This document shows, in pieces, positions 24,030-37,700 of a stretch of 64,000 nt of DNA. Origin of the DNA: Mytilus californianus (Eukaryota); contig NW_026262690.1 of NCBI RefSeq assembly GCF_021869535.1, positions 109,244,001 through 109,308,000 of the forward strand. The letters run 5' to 3'. Both the position numbers and the translations under genes were made by a program. Numbering within the stretch: position 1 is the stretch's first letter; each line of letters starts with the position of its first letter. The notes beneath the pieces were generated by a model, which worked only from the letters and a program-made list of their open reading frames with translations, was not told the DNA's origin and did no database searches.

Positions 24030-25535
24030 GTACTTTAAACCCAACGTTACGTGTGTTTGGCATATTATCACAACATCGTGACTTATCATTATACTATCAC
24101 GACTAAAGCACTTGTCATTGCAAGTCAACATTGCGCAGATTCAACTTAGCATATTGTAATTTAGAGTTAGCATTTTGATGACTCAATTCAACATCACGCT
24201 GTCTTAACTTTACATTTTAAGCTTCAGCATAACGTTTTGTAAATCTCTAATATATGACAGCTGAGGCTTTCCATATATTTTGTTTTCGTTTGCATAAAAT
24301 ATTGCCACTGTATGTTCAACACGGAACATCAATCAATCATACAGTATTTCCTGCAATATACAACACGTCGACCAAACATAACAATTTGTTTCAATGAAAA
24401 AGCAGCATCTTTATGATTTCAGTTTTAAAGAACTTCTTGTTTTATTTGTATTTATTAGGTATATGTCCCTTGCTAGCATGATATTTGTACCGACTTTCCA
24501 TCTTTTATTAAAAAATTTGAACTAAGTCTCTTAGTCTGTTTTACGTTTACAATTAACATAGTTGTGTGTTAAATTAGAGAAGTCAAATGTTTATAACCAT
24601 GCATTCATTACTACGAAATACAAATTGTACATTTTATCTTTCTTAATTTCTAAGCGCACAAAAAGCAAAGAAACAGTGCTTTTCCATTTCATTCTACTAA
24701 AAGTTCACAAAACTTCTCAATAAAATGTTTTCATTACAGCAGTTTTGATAACAGAAAACATATACGAGCAATAGCAACATGAATATTAGGTGATATTAAG
24801 ACTACAATAACATAGAGGGAGAAATAGGGGCTTCCTTGGTAAATTATCAGTTGCACTTTGGTTGGTAATTGTTATAGCTATTTTCTCCTTACATTTTTTG
24901 GATGAATTTCTGCATTTAATCAATTTTATTTTCCACTGGAATGCTTAGAAATGATAATAGCGCCAAATATCTACGATATATGATTGTAAATGCAAGTTTC
25001 ACGTCACCTTTAACAAAAATTTGAAATTGAAGAAAACATTCGAAAATTTCAGTTACACTTTTTATACCTAAAAACAATTTGAAAATACATTTTTATAAGT
25101 ATTAAAACACACAATCACACAATGGCAAAGTGAAATGTCATAGTTTTCAAATAAACCTAGAATTATAGAAATGTTTTTAATTAAAAAAAGAACAAAGCAG
25201 GTATTGAGTCCGGGACTGAAGCAATCAATTCATACCTCAAAAGAAAACGCGAACCTGATAGAGCACTTGGCAACTGGTGTAATTACATTGAAACTATGGA
25301 TTCATAACATTCAACTGTACCAATACATTAATGCCGTGCATGTTACGTTATATAAATTATTGTTTTCGCAATTTCCGGACTAGTATTTGTTTGCAAATAA
25401 TCGTAATTTGTATTAAAATGACCTAATAAATAAAGAGCGCCGTCCTCCGCTGTAGTAGATAACCGCAGGACATGCATTCAAGGGGATTATTGCATTTTTA
25501 GCTTGACATATTTATATTTATTGTTAACTTTATAG

Positions 25536-26631
25536 AGTCCTACTAAAAAGCGCCCGGGAGCGCCCGGGTGAAGAAAAAGCGCCCGGGGAAAAGAAAAAGC
25601 GCCTTGGGAAGAAAAAAGGGCCAGGAAAAAGAAAAAGCGCCCGGGGAAGAAAAAAAAAAAAAAGCGCCCGGGGAAAATATATAGATATTGTATTGGCATG
25701 AGACAACTTTGTGTCGATGAAATAAGTTATGCACATTGATTTTTTTTTAATTTTAGACAAGTATTATTACAAATTCAGATAATAGACATTTGTAATAAAG
25801 CACAAAAACAAGTATGATTGTTTCAATTTTAACAATAATATATGAATACTATTCCGAAAGACAGATAATAATGGATCACAGTTTATGCTGAAGATTTATA
25901 AAATGTTAGACATCAAAGACATGTTTTTCAAAAACGATATCAAAATGAAAAATGCAAAAACAACTTTAATTTCACAGATAAATATTAATTTTATAAAATT
26001 AAAAGAGTTACACATTATTTAAGAACGATAAAAGTGACACGCAAATGTGTATCAGCATCAGCAAATAAAACAATTATACTATGCATGTTAAAGCAGGTGT
26101 TTGGTATAAAACAAATAATATTGAATCACCGATAAGCATTACAAATCGCATGCAGCGATTTAAACAGTTCTGGTTTTATAATTTTTTTAATAATAAATCG
26201 GCAAATAAAGCAGTAATATACATGTACCGTAGTTAAAACAAGGGGGTAAAAAGCAGGAGTTTGGTTTAAATTTAAAACTAAGCATTAAAGCACTGATTAG
26301 CATAGCCATTAAAACAGTTTTAGTTTTATAAAATCTATATCAGCATCTGAATATAAAACATTTACTATTGTTAAAAAAGCACTAAAAGTTAATATCAAAA
26401 CACTGATAAGCATAGCCATTAAACAGTTTCAGTTTTATAAAAAGATATAATAAATCTATATCAGCAATGATTATTTTTTTTTTATTCAGGAAAACATTTA
26501 TTGTTATAAAATATTATTATTTTATTCTCCCGGGCGCTTTTTTTCTTCCCTTGGCGCTTTTTCTTTTCCCTGGGCGCTTTTTCTTTTTCCGGGCGCTCCC
26601 GGGCGCTCCTGTGCGCTTTTTAGTAGGACCG
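25536..26631. mobile_element. Non-autonomous Mutator/foldback-like MITE (~1.1 kb) with modular GC-rich TIRs and a 9-bp TSD
   Basis: Ends AGTCCTACTAAAAAGCGC / GCGCTTTTTAGTAGGACCG; ACTTTATAG directly repeated at 25527-35 and 26632-40; TIRs built from AAAAAGCGCCCGGG modules. Confidence 0.88.
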
Positions 26632-27861
26632 ACTTTATAGCCACCGTTTAGAACGCCACAAGTGGGATGCATAATGCTGTATATGACATACGATTAAAGA
26701 ACTAGTAAATAAACGTTTAAAATTTTTTTTTTTGAGAACATCTGGTACCAAGTAACACGGACCCCTTGATTAAAAGCAGATGTCCCTAGTGTTGTGCTAG
26801 TTCAATCACCTCTAAGTTTTTATGGTCAAAGATTTGAAACTTTGGAAGCAAAGCGCTGTTTTAGTTCAATAAACATAAACTAAAATTTAGGAATGGTAAA
26901 TTTACGATTATTTCAGGAATTTAAATTTTAGTAATTTATGATTGGGACAAAATAACATGGATACATGTCTTAATATGTTCATCCCGAGGAACTTAATTTT
27001 TCTGTATAATAAGATAATGTAATGTTGTTGATTTTAACGAAATGTCAACAGATTAAACCACTACGATTGCCTTTCGACTGCCTGTTACCACTCGTAAGAT
27101 TACGATCAAACTTACGATAAAATTCTACTTACGATTGTTTATGAAACGGTCAAAAACTTACGATTTGACGTACGACCGACGTAAGATCTAAGATTGTCGT
27201 ACGATATTTTGTGAAACGATGACATGACTGGGTGGCCATGGCTACTATAAACAAGCTCTGTTCGAAGATGGTCATACAATCACTTCAATTTACATAACTG
27301 TTTTGTCCAGGTTTGCATTATCAAAAGTGTTATACTTAGCATGTTTACAAAATATAAGTATTGTCGCCTATGGAGAAAAAATACACCCGTTTTCCGTTTA
27401 ACGTCCTACTATTTGGCACTTATCTGCAAGTATCATGAATTGCACTTCACGCGAGAAAACCTATATTTTTCAATTTATATTTTTTAATAAATAACATTTG
27501 TTTGATCTCAATAGCTCGAGGTGTGTATGTGCACAACTAATCATTACAATGTAATTCTGGGTCACACACGTGTGCATGGATAAACTATATTCACGTTTAG
27601 TATCAGAACATGTGGATAGATTTAGCATGTTTATTATTAGAACATGTGATCAGTTTTAGCATGAATATCAGAATATAATATATGATGAAATTTAGATACA
27701 TCTTTTACTAAAATTGCATGCCAGTAGTATGGTTGGAGTGAAATTAACTTACGGGTAAAATTTGCAATTACAAACACGTGTTGCATGATCTCAATTTTGA
27801 CGACTTCACGTCCAAAACTCGCGGTTGCCCCTAACTTATTATTCCATTATATATTACTAAT

Positions 27862-28050
27862 GGTTTGAACATTGTCAACAACACTTCTCTGCGAAATGTG
27901 TTAACCAAAAGACTGAAATACCGTAAGTTTAACATGTTTGCATCGATAAATTGGAAACACAACTCTAAAAAAGTAATGGGGCTAGCCAAGGATTATGCCA
28001 GGAAATGGCTTAAACATGATAAAGAAGACGTAGATACTCTTTTCGAATTG
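27862..28050 (+). pseudogene. Fragment of a Penelope-like element ORF (region upstream of the RT core)
   Basis: NIVNNTSLRNVLTKRLKYRK...SINWKHN...DYARKW...EDVDTL resembles, from memory, the pre-RT segment of molluscan PLE ORFs. Needs a homology search. Confidence 0.55.
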
Positions 28051-31000
28051 AATTATGATTTAGGATAACGACTGTGAGGTTTTTATACAAATTGTGAATA
28101 GGTCTATTGCAGCTTAAGTCTCGAATTTCATCGTTTTTGTGTGTAAATCATATTAAACAAAGTGCTTGATAAAGGAATAAGGTATTGACAATTCACCTGG
28201 ATACTCCAACATATACTCTTACGTCCTTCCAACACATACCAAAGAGGTAATCCGGAACCATCATTGGTCTTTTTTAAGTTCATTTGGAATTTAAACTAAG
28301 ATGGAGAACTGGATCATCAGTGTAATAAAATTAAATAAGTTTCCGAACAAACACGTTATATTTCTGGGTCGGGCAGGCATTGTTCGAATCCTCTTACCCC
28401 TCTGGAGCACCTGAGATCACCCCCGGTCTTTGGTTTTCTATGTTGTGTTTTTGTACTATTGTTTGTCTTTTTCTATTTAGCCATGGCGTTGTTAGTTTAT
28501 TTTCGACTTATATGAGTGTGAATGTCCCTTTGGTATCCTTTACCTCTCTTTTATCATCAATATTATCAGAAATCAAAGAAAGACTTCTGAGGTACTGTGA
28601 AACTATCTACTTTAGGGGAGATATGAATCATTAGTGGATACAAAAATAATTGAAGATATGTTATAATACATACAATCTTAGTCTCATTCATCTTGCAATA
28701 GCATAAAACATTTGAATACTCGACCCTTATCACTAGTATTCTCAATATGAACTTAAAGAAAGATTGAAAGAAATAGTCTAACTTTGTTAAAAAAAGTAGT
28801 ATGGCTAACGTATTTATCAACACACACTCAAATGAGTACCAACTGTGATCCTCTTCCTCTCACGGCGACTTGTTCCTTATCTATAATACGAGACAGACTA
28901 AAAACAGAAGCTTCTGAAGAATAATAAAAAGCTAGCAATTTTAAGTTGTTTTCTTTTCTTATTGTCGTTTTTCGTTTTGCCACGTCATTGCCAGTTTTTC
29001 ATCTTTCAGATTGTGTTTCTGAATTTTCTGCCGACAGGCGAGACCTATCTCGGTGTTGATAGTTCATTAAGGAGTTATTATTGGTCGATGTTAAGTTTTA
29101 TTTGGTGTATGTAATGATTGCATGGTGTACGTGTTCATCTGGTTGGGTCCATTGACCTTGGCCTCTTTCTCGCGTACTTTTTTTTGTGGATGGGTCTGTT
29201 TATCGGAAACTATAAGCAGTCTGAACTTTATGTGGTGTACAACTTCGTCTTTCAACGTTCATCTAACCTAGACCGTTACTTTAGTCATTGATATTGTTTT
29301 CAGTTTATATGATAATTGAAATTGAAAGCCTTTATCTGTTAGACTTTCAATATACATTCAACCAGCAATGCAGGCGACACATTCTAGCGTGTGCACTCTT
29401 GAATTTTGGCCAAACTGACTGTTTATAATGAAATATTTCAAAAATCTGTTTTTATCATACATGTTATATATATGAATCAAAAAGAATTGGATTTTATTTG
29501 TCTAAATCGTAACTAATACCCGTTTAATGTATTCATTATCGTATACGTCACTTATCCTTTTATACATATGGGTCAACAATATATGGTATGTGTATTTGTT
29601 GCTAAGATTTTAAAAAATTCGCCTGGCAAATGGAGTCGAACCACAATACCTGTGGCAAATGAATTGTTTTAGAAAGAAAAAAAAAAATACTCGAATAATA
29701 ATTTTGTTTTTATCCGGAACGACCATGTGATATTTGAGGCTGGTGTAAAATGCGTTGACAACGATAAAAAAAATGCAAAGGGGTGACAGTTAATTGAGAG
29801 TGCCACATTTTCTGCACTTTTATGACTCCTTAATTGCAATAAATCTGAGGTGTCAGCAGGTGGTTTGTTGAAAGACAGCATTTCTGCCCTCATCCAGGAT
29901 ACCGTAATTTGCAGCTGCAGCAAAATGTTAGCCCTTCATCATGTTTGATTTACCTTTCATAACCTTTCTTTTGAAGTAATTTTTCGTTTCCTCTCGTTCT
30001 AAATTAGCATGAGATGATTTTCACTGGACGTTAAGCGAGTGAGCTCATATTATTGACTGCCAATTAAACTTTGAACAGATTTCTTTCTGCCAGTTTGCAG
30101 TGTCGGGTCATTTATATATCAAATCCTGCCCCCACTTCGCGCGGCCTATTAATCGCAAATGGCTGTCCCCTTGATTGATTAAAATCCTGCTATCTGGACC
30201 ATTTACTTGTCCGATGATATTGCTTTTCTTTGTACCTCCATTTTTTTTATGTATGTGTGTGTTGGGTTTAGGCTTTTTGAAACCTTTCAATTTATTTTTT
30301 GATGATGAATCCAATGTTTTGTAGTCTAGTATATGGAAATTTAAGTTAGAAATACCTATAAATATGACATCACGACTCAAAACTCTTAATAATGAATAAA
30401 AAGCAATGCCATAGCGGCCGGGAACTTGGTTCGTTCGTCAAGTAAGTCCATTCATGTGCAGGTGAACGAAATTACCGTAATAAATATCCATTAAATACCC
30501 CTTAAGTAACAACAAGTGCTTGTCGATACATATTTATGACGTGTAAGTCAAAATATTTTATTAATAAAACCTCAAATCTGGAACAAAACGCTTATTGGTT
30601 TCTAAAAATGTTATGCAATGAAATGAAATGTAGAATATAGGATGTAGTTAGTTTTAGAAGGGTACATTTTCAATGTCTTCAATCCGGTTGATATTTTATT
30701 GGTATAAAGGTACAAAATGATTCTCCCGAGTTTATTATCAAGTAGAGACAACCCGAAAATACGGCCACAAAAACCAATATACAACGTTAATCCGCAACCA
30801 TTTTCGCATCACAGGTCATTATTAGCCAAAATGGCGCCAATTGGGATTCGAAGATGACAACAGTTCTTTTAAAATATATTTGTATTCCATATCGTGAAAT
30901 GACTGACTAAAATGATTTCCAAGCGATGGACAGGCATCTAGAGAATATGTAAACAAACCTTTTTTAGGCCAGTTTTTATTCATTTTTGCTACATAGGATT

Positions 31001-31701
31001 CCCCCGCCTCATCATGAGATTCAGGTGTTGTTAAAAAGTGTTTTTTGACAAATAAATTTTCAAGACCTGATACTTACTGAACTAAATTCAGTCAACAACA
31101 TCTTCATGCTTGTCCGTTAAAAACTCACGATGACGTCATACGATAGACCACGAGGTTTCGCGGAAAAAAGGCAATTGACGGTAACTGGTCGTCGACCAGT
31201 ATGGTGATGTTCTATTCTGTTGTTTTGATGCACATAATATTTCAATGATTTGTAGATTGATTAGAACATGTGATATCGTGAAAGAAAACTCAGTAAGAAA
31301 CTTTATAAATAGATTTGAACGTTTCCAAAAATAAACAGATGAAGTTTCCGTCATATTTTTCAACTGTGTTATTTTTCATAGACGTTTAGATTGACAGTCA
31401 TGTTAATATGTTTATAAAGTTGAATTACCATTTTTCAGTTTGAGAATAATAGGAAAAGTTAAGGAAACAGACAATTTGATAAAAATACACGGACAGTTAA
31501 CGTTATCAATCTGTTAGCGATTAAAACAACTGGACAGTTCATTCTGTAAAGCCACAGGAATCACGGTTACCATCATAAACGTTTCTTTCATAATCTGATC
31601 TGATTCTAATTCTTAAGTTTAATTCATAACGGTATTTTATAAAGATTAGCTTAACATTATGAACAATATTCATTGCTTTGAAATTGTATAACAGTTCGTG
31701 A

Positions 31702-32400
31702 TTTTTGTCTCGCCTGCGACGAAAGTCGCGGAACGCGAGACATAGGGATAGATTTTCCGGCGACGACGACGACGGCGACGGCGTCGTCTTCAACAATTGT
31801 TAAGTTTTCTGAAGTCGCATTACTACCAGTACTTATCAGTTTAACGACTATTTTGAAGCCCTGATCCCTATGACATGGTCCAGTGACTTTCAACTAATTA
31901 GTAATTTTCAATGTTAAGTTTTCTGCTTAAGTAAGTTTGATAGGATCTACTTGTGATAGATCAATGATATTTTGTATGAAGTCGCATTACTGTCAGTACA
32001 TATCACTTTGACGACTATGTTGAGGCTATGCCACTAAGGATATGGTCCAATAACTTTGAATTCATGAGCCATTTTAAATGTTAAGTATTCTGCTTTGGTT
32101 AGTTTAATAAGATCTACTTGTGATTGACCAATGATATTTTGTATGAAGTTGCATTACTATCAGTTCATATCAGTTTGATGACTTTTTCAAGGCCCTGCCC
32201 CCTTTGTAATGGTCCAGTGACTTTAAAGTAATTAGTTATTTTCAATGTTCAGTTTTTGTCTGCTTAAGTTATATTAATAGGAACTGTTTACAATAAACAA
32301 CGATATTTTCTTTAAAGTTATATAACTGTCTGTACATCTCAGTTTGTCGACCATTTTCATGCACTGCCAACTAGATCATGGTCCAGTGACTGAATTAATA
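31702..32400 (+). mobile_element. Helentron-type non-autonomous element (HINE-like) with ~167-bp internal tandem repeats; mirror copy at ~36660-37150
   Basis: TTTTTGTCTCGCC end, TGCGAC-GAAA-GTCGCG hairpin, (GAC/GGC)n microsatellite, then GGTCCA(G/A)T anchors at about 31877, 32045, 32211 and 32380. This architecture is typical of bivalve HINEs. Confidence 0.7.
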
Positions 32401-34749
32401 AGCAATGTTGCTGTCCATCAGATTGTCTTTTTCTGAATTTTTGCCGATAGGCAAGATATATCTCTGTGTCAACAGTTTATATATATTAGTGTCTCCTAGT
32501 AGTGTAGGATACACCAAACGGTCTCGTCTAGACGGGGGATTCAGGTGGGGAATTCGTGATATCAGTGAACGAAAATTGCGTCATGCATGAAGTGATCGAT
32601 GAAGGAACAGGGTTGCATTCAATAGTATATCCCCTATGCCCATGCACACTCTTTATTTCTGCAAGTATATAGCGAGTGTCTGTACAAATTCCGTAAACTT
32701 TCTTAATCAATTTTTTATATGTTTTACGAATTTGAATCACTCCGAAGCCGTTTTGGATTTTCTAGAAACATGCAGCAGGAACTTTTGGCCCCTGGTTTTT
32801 GGTGGTGTTTGTGTTGCTCAGTCTTTTGTTTTCTATGTTGTGTTTTGATTACTGTAGTTTGTCTTTTGATCTTTTTTTCTTTTTTATCCATGACGATGTC
32901 AGTTTATTTGCGTCTATGAGTTTAAATATCCTTTCGAATCTTTTGCCTCTCTTTTGGGTTTCTATATGTAATAAGTGGCTAGGCGTGGCTAGATATACGA
33001 TAGAAAGTCAAAATTTACGTACATGTAGCCGTATATGGCTGCTACGACATTGAAGGCACCCAAGATAATGTGTTCTACGAATGCTTAAACGGAAAGGTTA
33101 ACTGCGCATGCATATGCATGACGACAAATCACGTTACCTGAAGAAATTGATGGAGGATGCTATCTTGTACTTCTCCGACTGCGTGACCTGAAGTATTGCT
33201 TTATTTCTCCTATTGGGAATATGACTTGTTTAGAACTTTGTGGCATTTTTGTTTTGGGTTGTGTAAGTGGTTTTTCTGCGACTCCGGTTTTATTAGATTT
33301 CTATAGGACAATTAAGGGCTAAAATCGATTAAAGTGGATTGAAGCTGTACACCATTGTGGCGAATTAAGTCGTAATCTCATGCTCAATATGAAAATAAGA
33401 TATGTGCCAGTGAGATAACTTTATATCAGTTCAGTTCAGCTTTCCAGGTACGCCGAAGAAGGAATTCCCGATTCCTTGATCCATGACGTCATACATTGTT
33501 ATTTCCGGTCGATGATGTTTGAATGTGATGAAATCACTAAATAAAACGTCTCGTTCGTTTTTTTTACTTCTTTTCTGGATTATTTATAGGAAACTGAACA
33601 TGATGATATGTTGCATGTACTCCATTTGTTATCATTATGATCATTTTTAAATTGTACATTATGCATGCAAGGTAATAACATTATTTATCTTAATTTAATA
33701 ATACTTCATTGCATCAATCAAGCAATATGATTGGACACAAGTTATTACAACGTATATTAAGTCTTCTCCTTACATATATAATACACATTATACATGTATG
33801 ATGACAGAAACACATATTAATAGTATATAATTTGAGCTATAGAAGAGAAAGGAAGCAGTCACACATTGGCATGGCAACAAAAAAAAAAAAAAAAAACAAG
33901 AAAGAAAACTAAAAAAAACTTGCTGTTAAGATCATTAGTCAATGATGATTTTAGTTTTGTTTTGTAAGTGCAAGTATCTGCCCATGGTAATTGTTCATTT
34001 GTCTATTCTGTTGAGTCCTTTTTGTCAAAAAGCTCCTAACGTTTTTAGCGTGTTTACGCACCCCTGACTGTCATATGTTGAGGTTTGAGCTCATGATGAA
34101 CGTAAATCTAGAAAGCCGATGGACTTTAAGCCCAAGATGGTATCCTCAGCTCCGTAGTTAGTGCTTCGGTAACGACACGGTTTATGGCATATGCTTATTT
34201 CAAATTCCCTGTTCATAAATTAAGAAATTATTAAGACACTTAGGTTTCAACTCCCTCAGGTTAAGTTGACCTTGGATAAATTTGGCTATTCTGTTTAGGA
34301 CTTTTTTGGTTATATAGCTCTTAACGTTGCAGTGTACTTACGCATCCCTGACTTTCAAATGTTTAGGTTTGAGAATTCATGATGAAGGTAAATGGGAAAA
34401 AAATATCTTAGGAGACACAATGTTTATAACGTGTTTTTACTTCATTTACTCACTAACTGATTTAGTTTTTGTATTACAGGCCCACGGATCTGCCCTAAAG
34501 AATCGCTAGCACGATCATAATTGTTTCTGATCTTTTCAAACCTTCTACATAGATTTGAATTTTCTTAAGTCGATCCAGATGATATTTTATCATTTGAAGG
34601 GATAACCGGATAACAATGACACCATCGCCATACCGACTGATTTGAGATAAATTGACGTAATGTGTTACATGCAACATGTCAAACAGAACAGGATCTTAGA
34701 ATGCATGTTCTTAATTTTATATTGTTTGAACTTATATGTAGATATTTTT

Positions 34750-34795
34750 CATATATATATATATATATATAATGCATATATATATATATATATAT
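34750..34795. repeat. (TA)n microsatellite in the palindrome spacer
   Basis: Directly visible. Confidence 0.9.
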
Positions 34796-37700
34796 TTGAT
34801 CATAGGATGCAATCGTTTGAAATTCAATTGAAATTTAAGAAAACGATAAATTCAACATTTAGTTAAAAAAATATTGTTCCTATATGTTACTGAAAGAAGT
34901 TCATTTAATGTTTTCGAGAAATTTCGAATCAATCAATTTATTAAAAAAAAAGTATTTCTATGCCGCCTCCCCACCCCCTCAAAGATAGATGGTTGGTGCC
35001 TTTTAAAGCAGTAGATTTCAGCATCGGATCAACACTTTCTTAATTTAGTTTCGCCTACAACGAAAGTCTCATGGAGTGTACATGTTTATATTAAAGAGTC
35101 AAAAAGATATTATTAACATTTCAAGTCGACAGTTTTGTCTTTTCTGCCTTTATGCTTTTGTTTTAGTTTTCTTTCTCTTTTTTTTTTGTTGCCTTGCCAA
35201 TGTGTGACTGCTTCCTTCTTTTCTATATGTTTCTGTCATCATACATGTATATGTGTATTATATATGCAAGGAAAAACTTAATATAAGTTGTAATAACTTG
35301 TGTCCAATCATATTGCTTGATTAATGCAATAAAATGTTATCAAATTAGGATAAATATTGTTTATAATAGTTATCAAAGGTACCAGGATTATAAATGTTAT
35401 TGATTTTAACTACGTAAGCTGGTAAACAGAAGTCACATGCGTTATTACCTTGCATGGATAATGCAGAATAAAAAATGATAACAAATGGAGTACATGCAAT
35501 AATCATCATGTTGAGTTTCCTGAAATTAGCCAGAAAAGAAGTAATAAAAAAACGAACGAGACGTCTAATTTAGTAATTTCATCGCATTCAAACATCATCG
35601 ATAGAAAATAACAATGTATGACGTCATGGATCAAGGAATCGTGTATTCTTTGTTCGCCGTGACCGGAAAGGTGAACTGAACTGATATAAAGTTATCTCAC
35701 TGGCACATATCTTATTTTCATATTGAGCATGCGATTACGACTTAATTCGCCGCAATGGTATAGCTTCAATCCACTTTATTCGATTTGAGCCCTTAATTGT
35801 CCTATAGAAATCTTAGGTAACACCGGGGTCGCAGAAAGAACCACTTACACAACCGATGTTTCCCAAAACGAAAATCCCACAGAATTCTAGACAAGTCATA
35901 TCCCCAATAGGAGAAATAAAACAATACTTCAGGTCACGCAGTCGGAGAAGTACAAGATGGCATCCTCCATAAATTTCTTCTGGTAACGTGATTTTCATCT
36001 GGGATGCGTTCAATGTCGTATCCGCCGTGTACGGCTACACGTAAATTTTGACTTTCTAACGTATATCTAGCCACGCCTAGCCACTTATTAGATCTAGAAG
36101 CCCAAAAGAGAGGCGAAAGATTCGAGAGAGATATTCAAAATCATAAGTCACAAATAAACCGACAACGTCATGGCTACAAAAGAAAAAAGATCAATAGGCA
36201 AACAACAGTAATCAAAACATAACATAGAAAAAAAAAAGGCTGAGCAACACAAACACCACCAAAAACTAGGGGCCAAAAGGTCCTGCTGCATGTTTCTAGA
36301 GAACTCAAAACGGCTTCGGATTGATTCAAATTCGTAAAACATACAAATAATTGATAAAGAAAGTTTACGGAATTTGTACAGACATTCACTATATACTTGC
36401 AGAAATAAACAGCGCATGGGCATAGGGGTTATACTATTGAATGTAATCCCGTTCCTTCATCGATCAAGTCATACATGACGCAATGTTCGTTCACTGATGT
36501 CACGAATTCCCCACCTGAATCCCCCGTCTAGATGAGACCTTTTGGTGCATCCTATACTACTAGGAGACACTAATATATATAAACTGTTGACACAGAGATA
36601 TGTCCTGCCTATCGGCAAAAATTCAGAAAAAGACAATCTGATGGACAGTAGCATTGCTTATTAATCATGTTAATTCAGTCACTGGACCATGATCTAGTGA
36701 GTAGGGCAAGAAAATGGTTGACAAACTGAGATGTACAGAAAGTAACTTTAAAGAAAATATCGTTGTTTATTGTAAATAGTTCCGATCAATATAACTTAAG
36801 CAGAAAAAACTTAACATTAAAATAACTCATTAATTTAAAGTCACTGGACCATGACAAAGGGAACAGGGCCTCGAAATAGTCATCAAACTGATATGAACTG
36901 AAAGTATCACAAGAAGATCCTATCAAACTAACTTAAGCAGAAAACTTAGCATTGAAAATTGCCAATTAGTTCAAAGTCACTGGACCATGTCCTAGGGATC
37001 AGGGCCTAAAAATAGTCGTTAAACTAGAAAACAGAAAACTTAACAATTGTTGAAGCCGACGCCCTCGCCGTCGCCGTCGCCGTCGTCGTCGCCGGAAAAG
37101 CAACCCCTATGTCTCGCGTTTCGCGATTTTCGTCGCAGGCGAGACAAAAATTACGAACTGTTATTACACAATTTCAAAGCAATGAATATTGTTCATAATT
37201 TTATGCTAATCTTTATAAAATATCGTTATAGATTTAACTTAACAATTAGAATCAGATCAGATTATGAAAAAAAAAAACCGTTTATGATGGTAACCCTTAT
37301 TCCTGTGGCTTTACAGAATGAACTGTCCATTTGTTTTAATCGCTAACAGATTTATAACGTTAACTGTCGGTGTATTTTTATCAAATTGTCTGTTTCCTTA
37401 ATTTTTCCTATTATCCTCAAACTGAAAAATGGTAATCCAACTTTATGAACATATTAACATGACTGTCAATCTTAACGTCTATGAATAATAACACAGTTGA
37501 AAAATATGACGGAAACTTCATTTGTTTATTTTTGAAAACGTCCAAATCCATCTGTAAAGTTTCTTACTGAGCTTTCTTTCACGATATCACATGTTCTAAT
37601 CGATCGTCGTGGTCTATCGTATGAAATCATCGTGAGTTTTTTACGGACACGCATCAAGAAGTTGTTGACTGGAGTTAGTTCAGTAAGTATCAGGTCTTGG

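Larger units (their letters stand above)
10170..24273. mobile_element. Non-autonomous foldback-type element: left arm 10170-12046, spacer 12047-14855, right arm 14856-16384 plus 24030-24273 (split by the Gypsy insertion); TA flanks
   Basis: The arms are reverse complements: outer ends TGGAAAGCCTAAGCTGTCATATATTAGAG / CTCTAATATATGACAGCTGAGGCTTTCCA, inner ends ...AACATAATATTGTGGC / GCCACAATATTATGTT... TA lies on both outer sides. No transposase ORF in the spacer. Confidence 0.8.

Noticed and set aside
25487-25760. Phe/Pro/Gly-rich ORFs on the minus strand
   Set aside because: Translations of the MITE terminal repeat modules, not genes.
27060-27220. Cluster of CTTACGAT/CGTAAG motifs resembling a MITE end
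   Set aside because: No matching opposite terminus or TSD located.
29669-29923. ORF conserved in both palindrome arms (RAEMLSFN(K/R)PPADTS...; mirror 39075-39260)
   Set aside because: The similarity follows from the duplication. Differences are mostly non-synonymous, the mirror is frameshifted, and no domain is recognisable.
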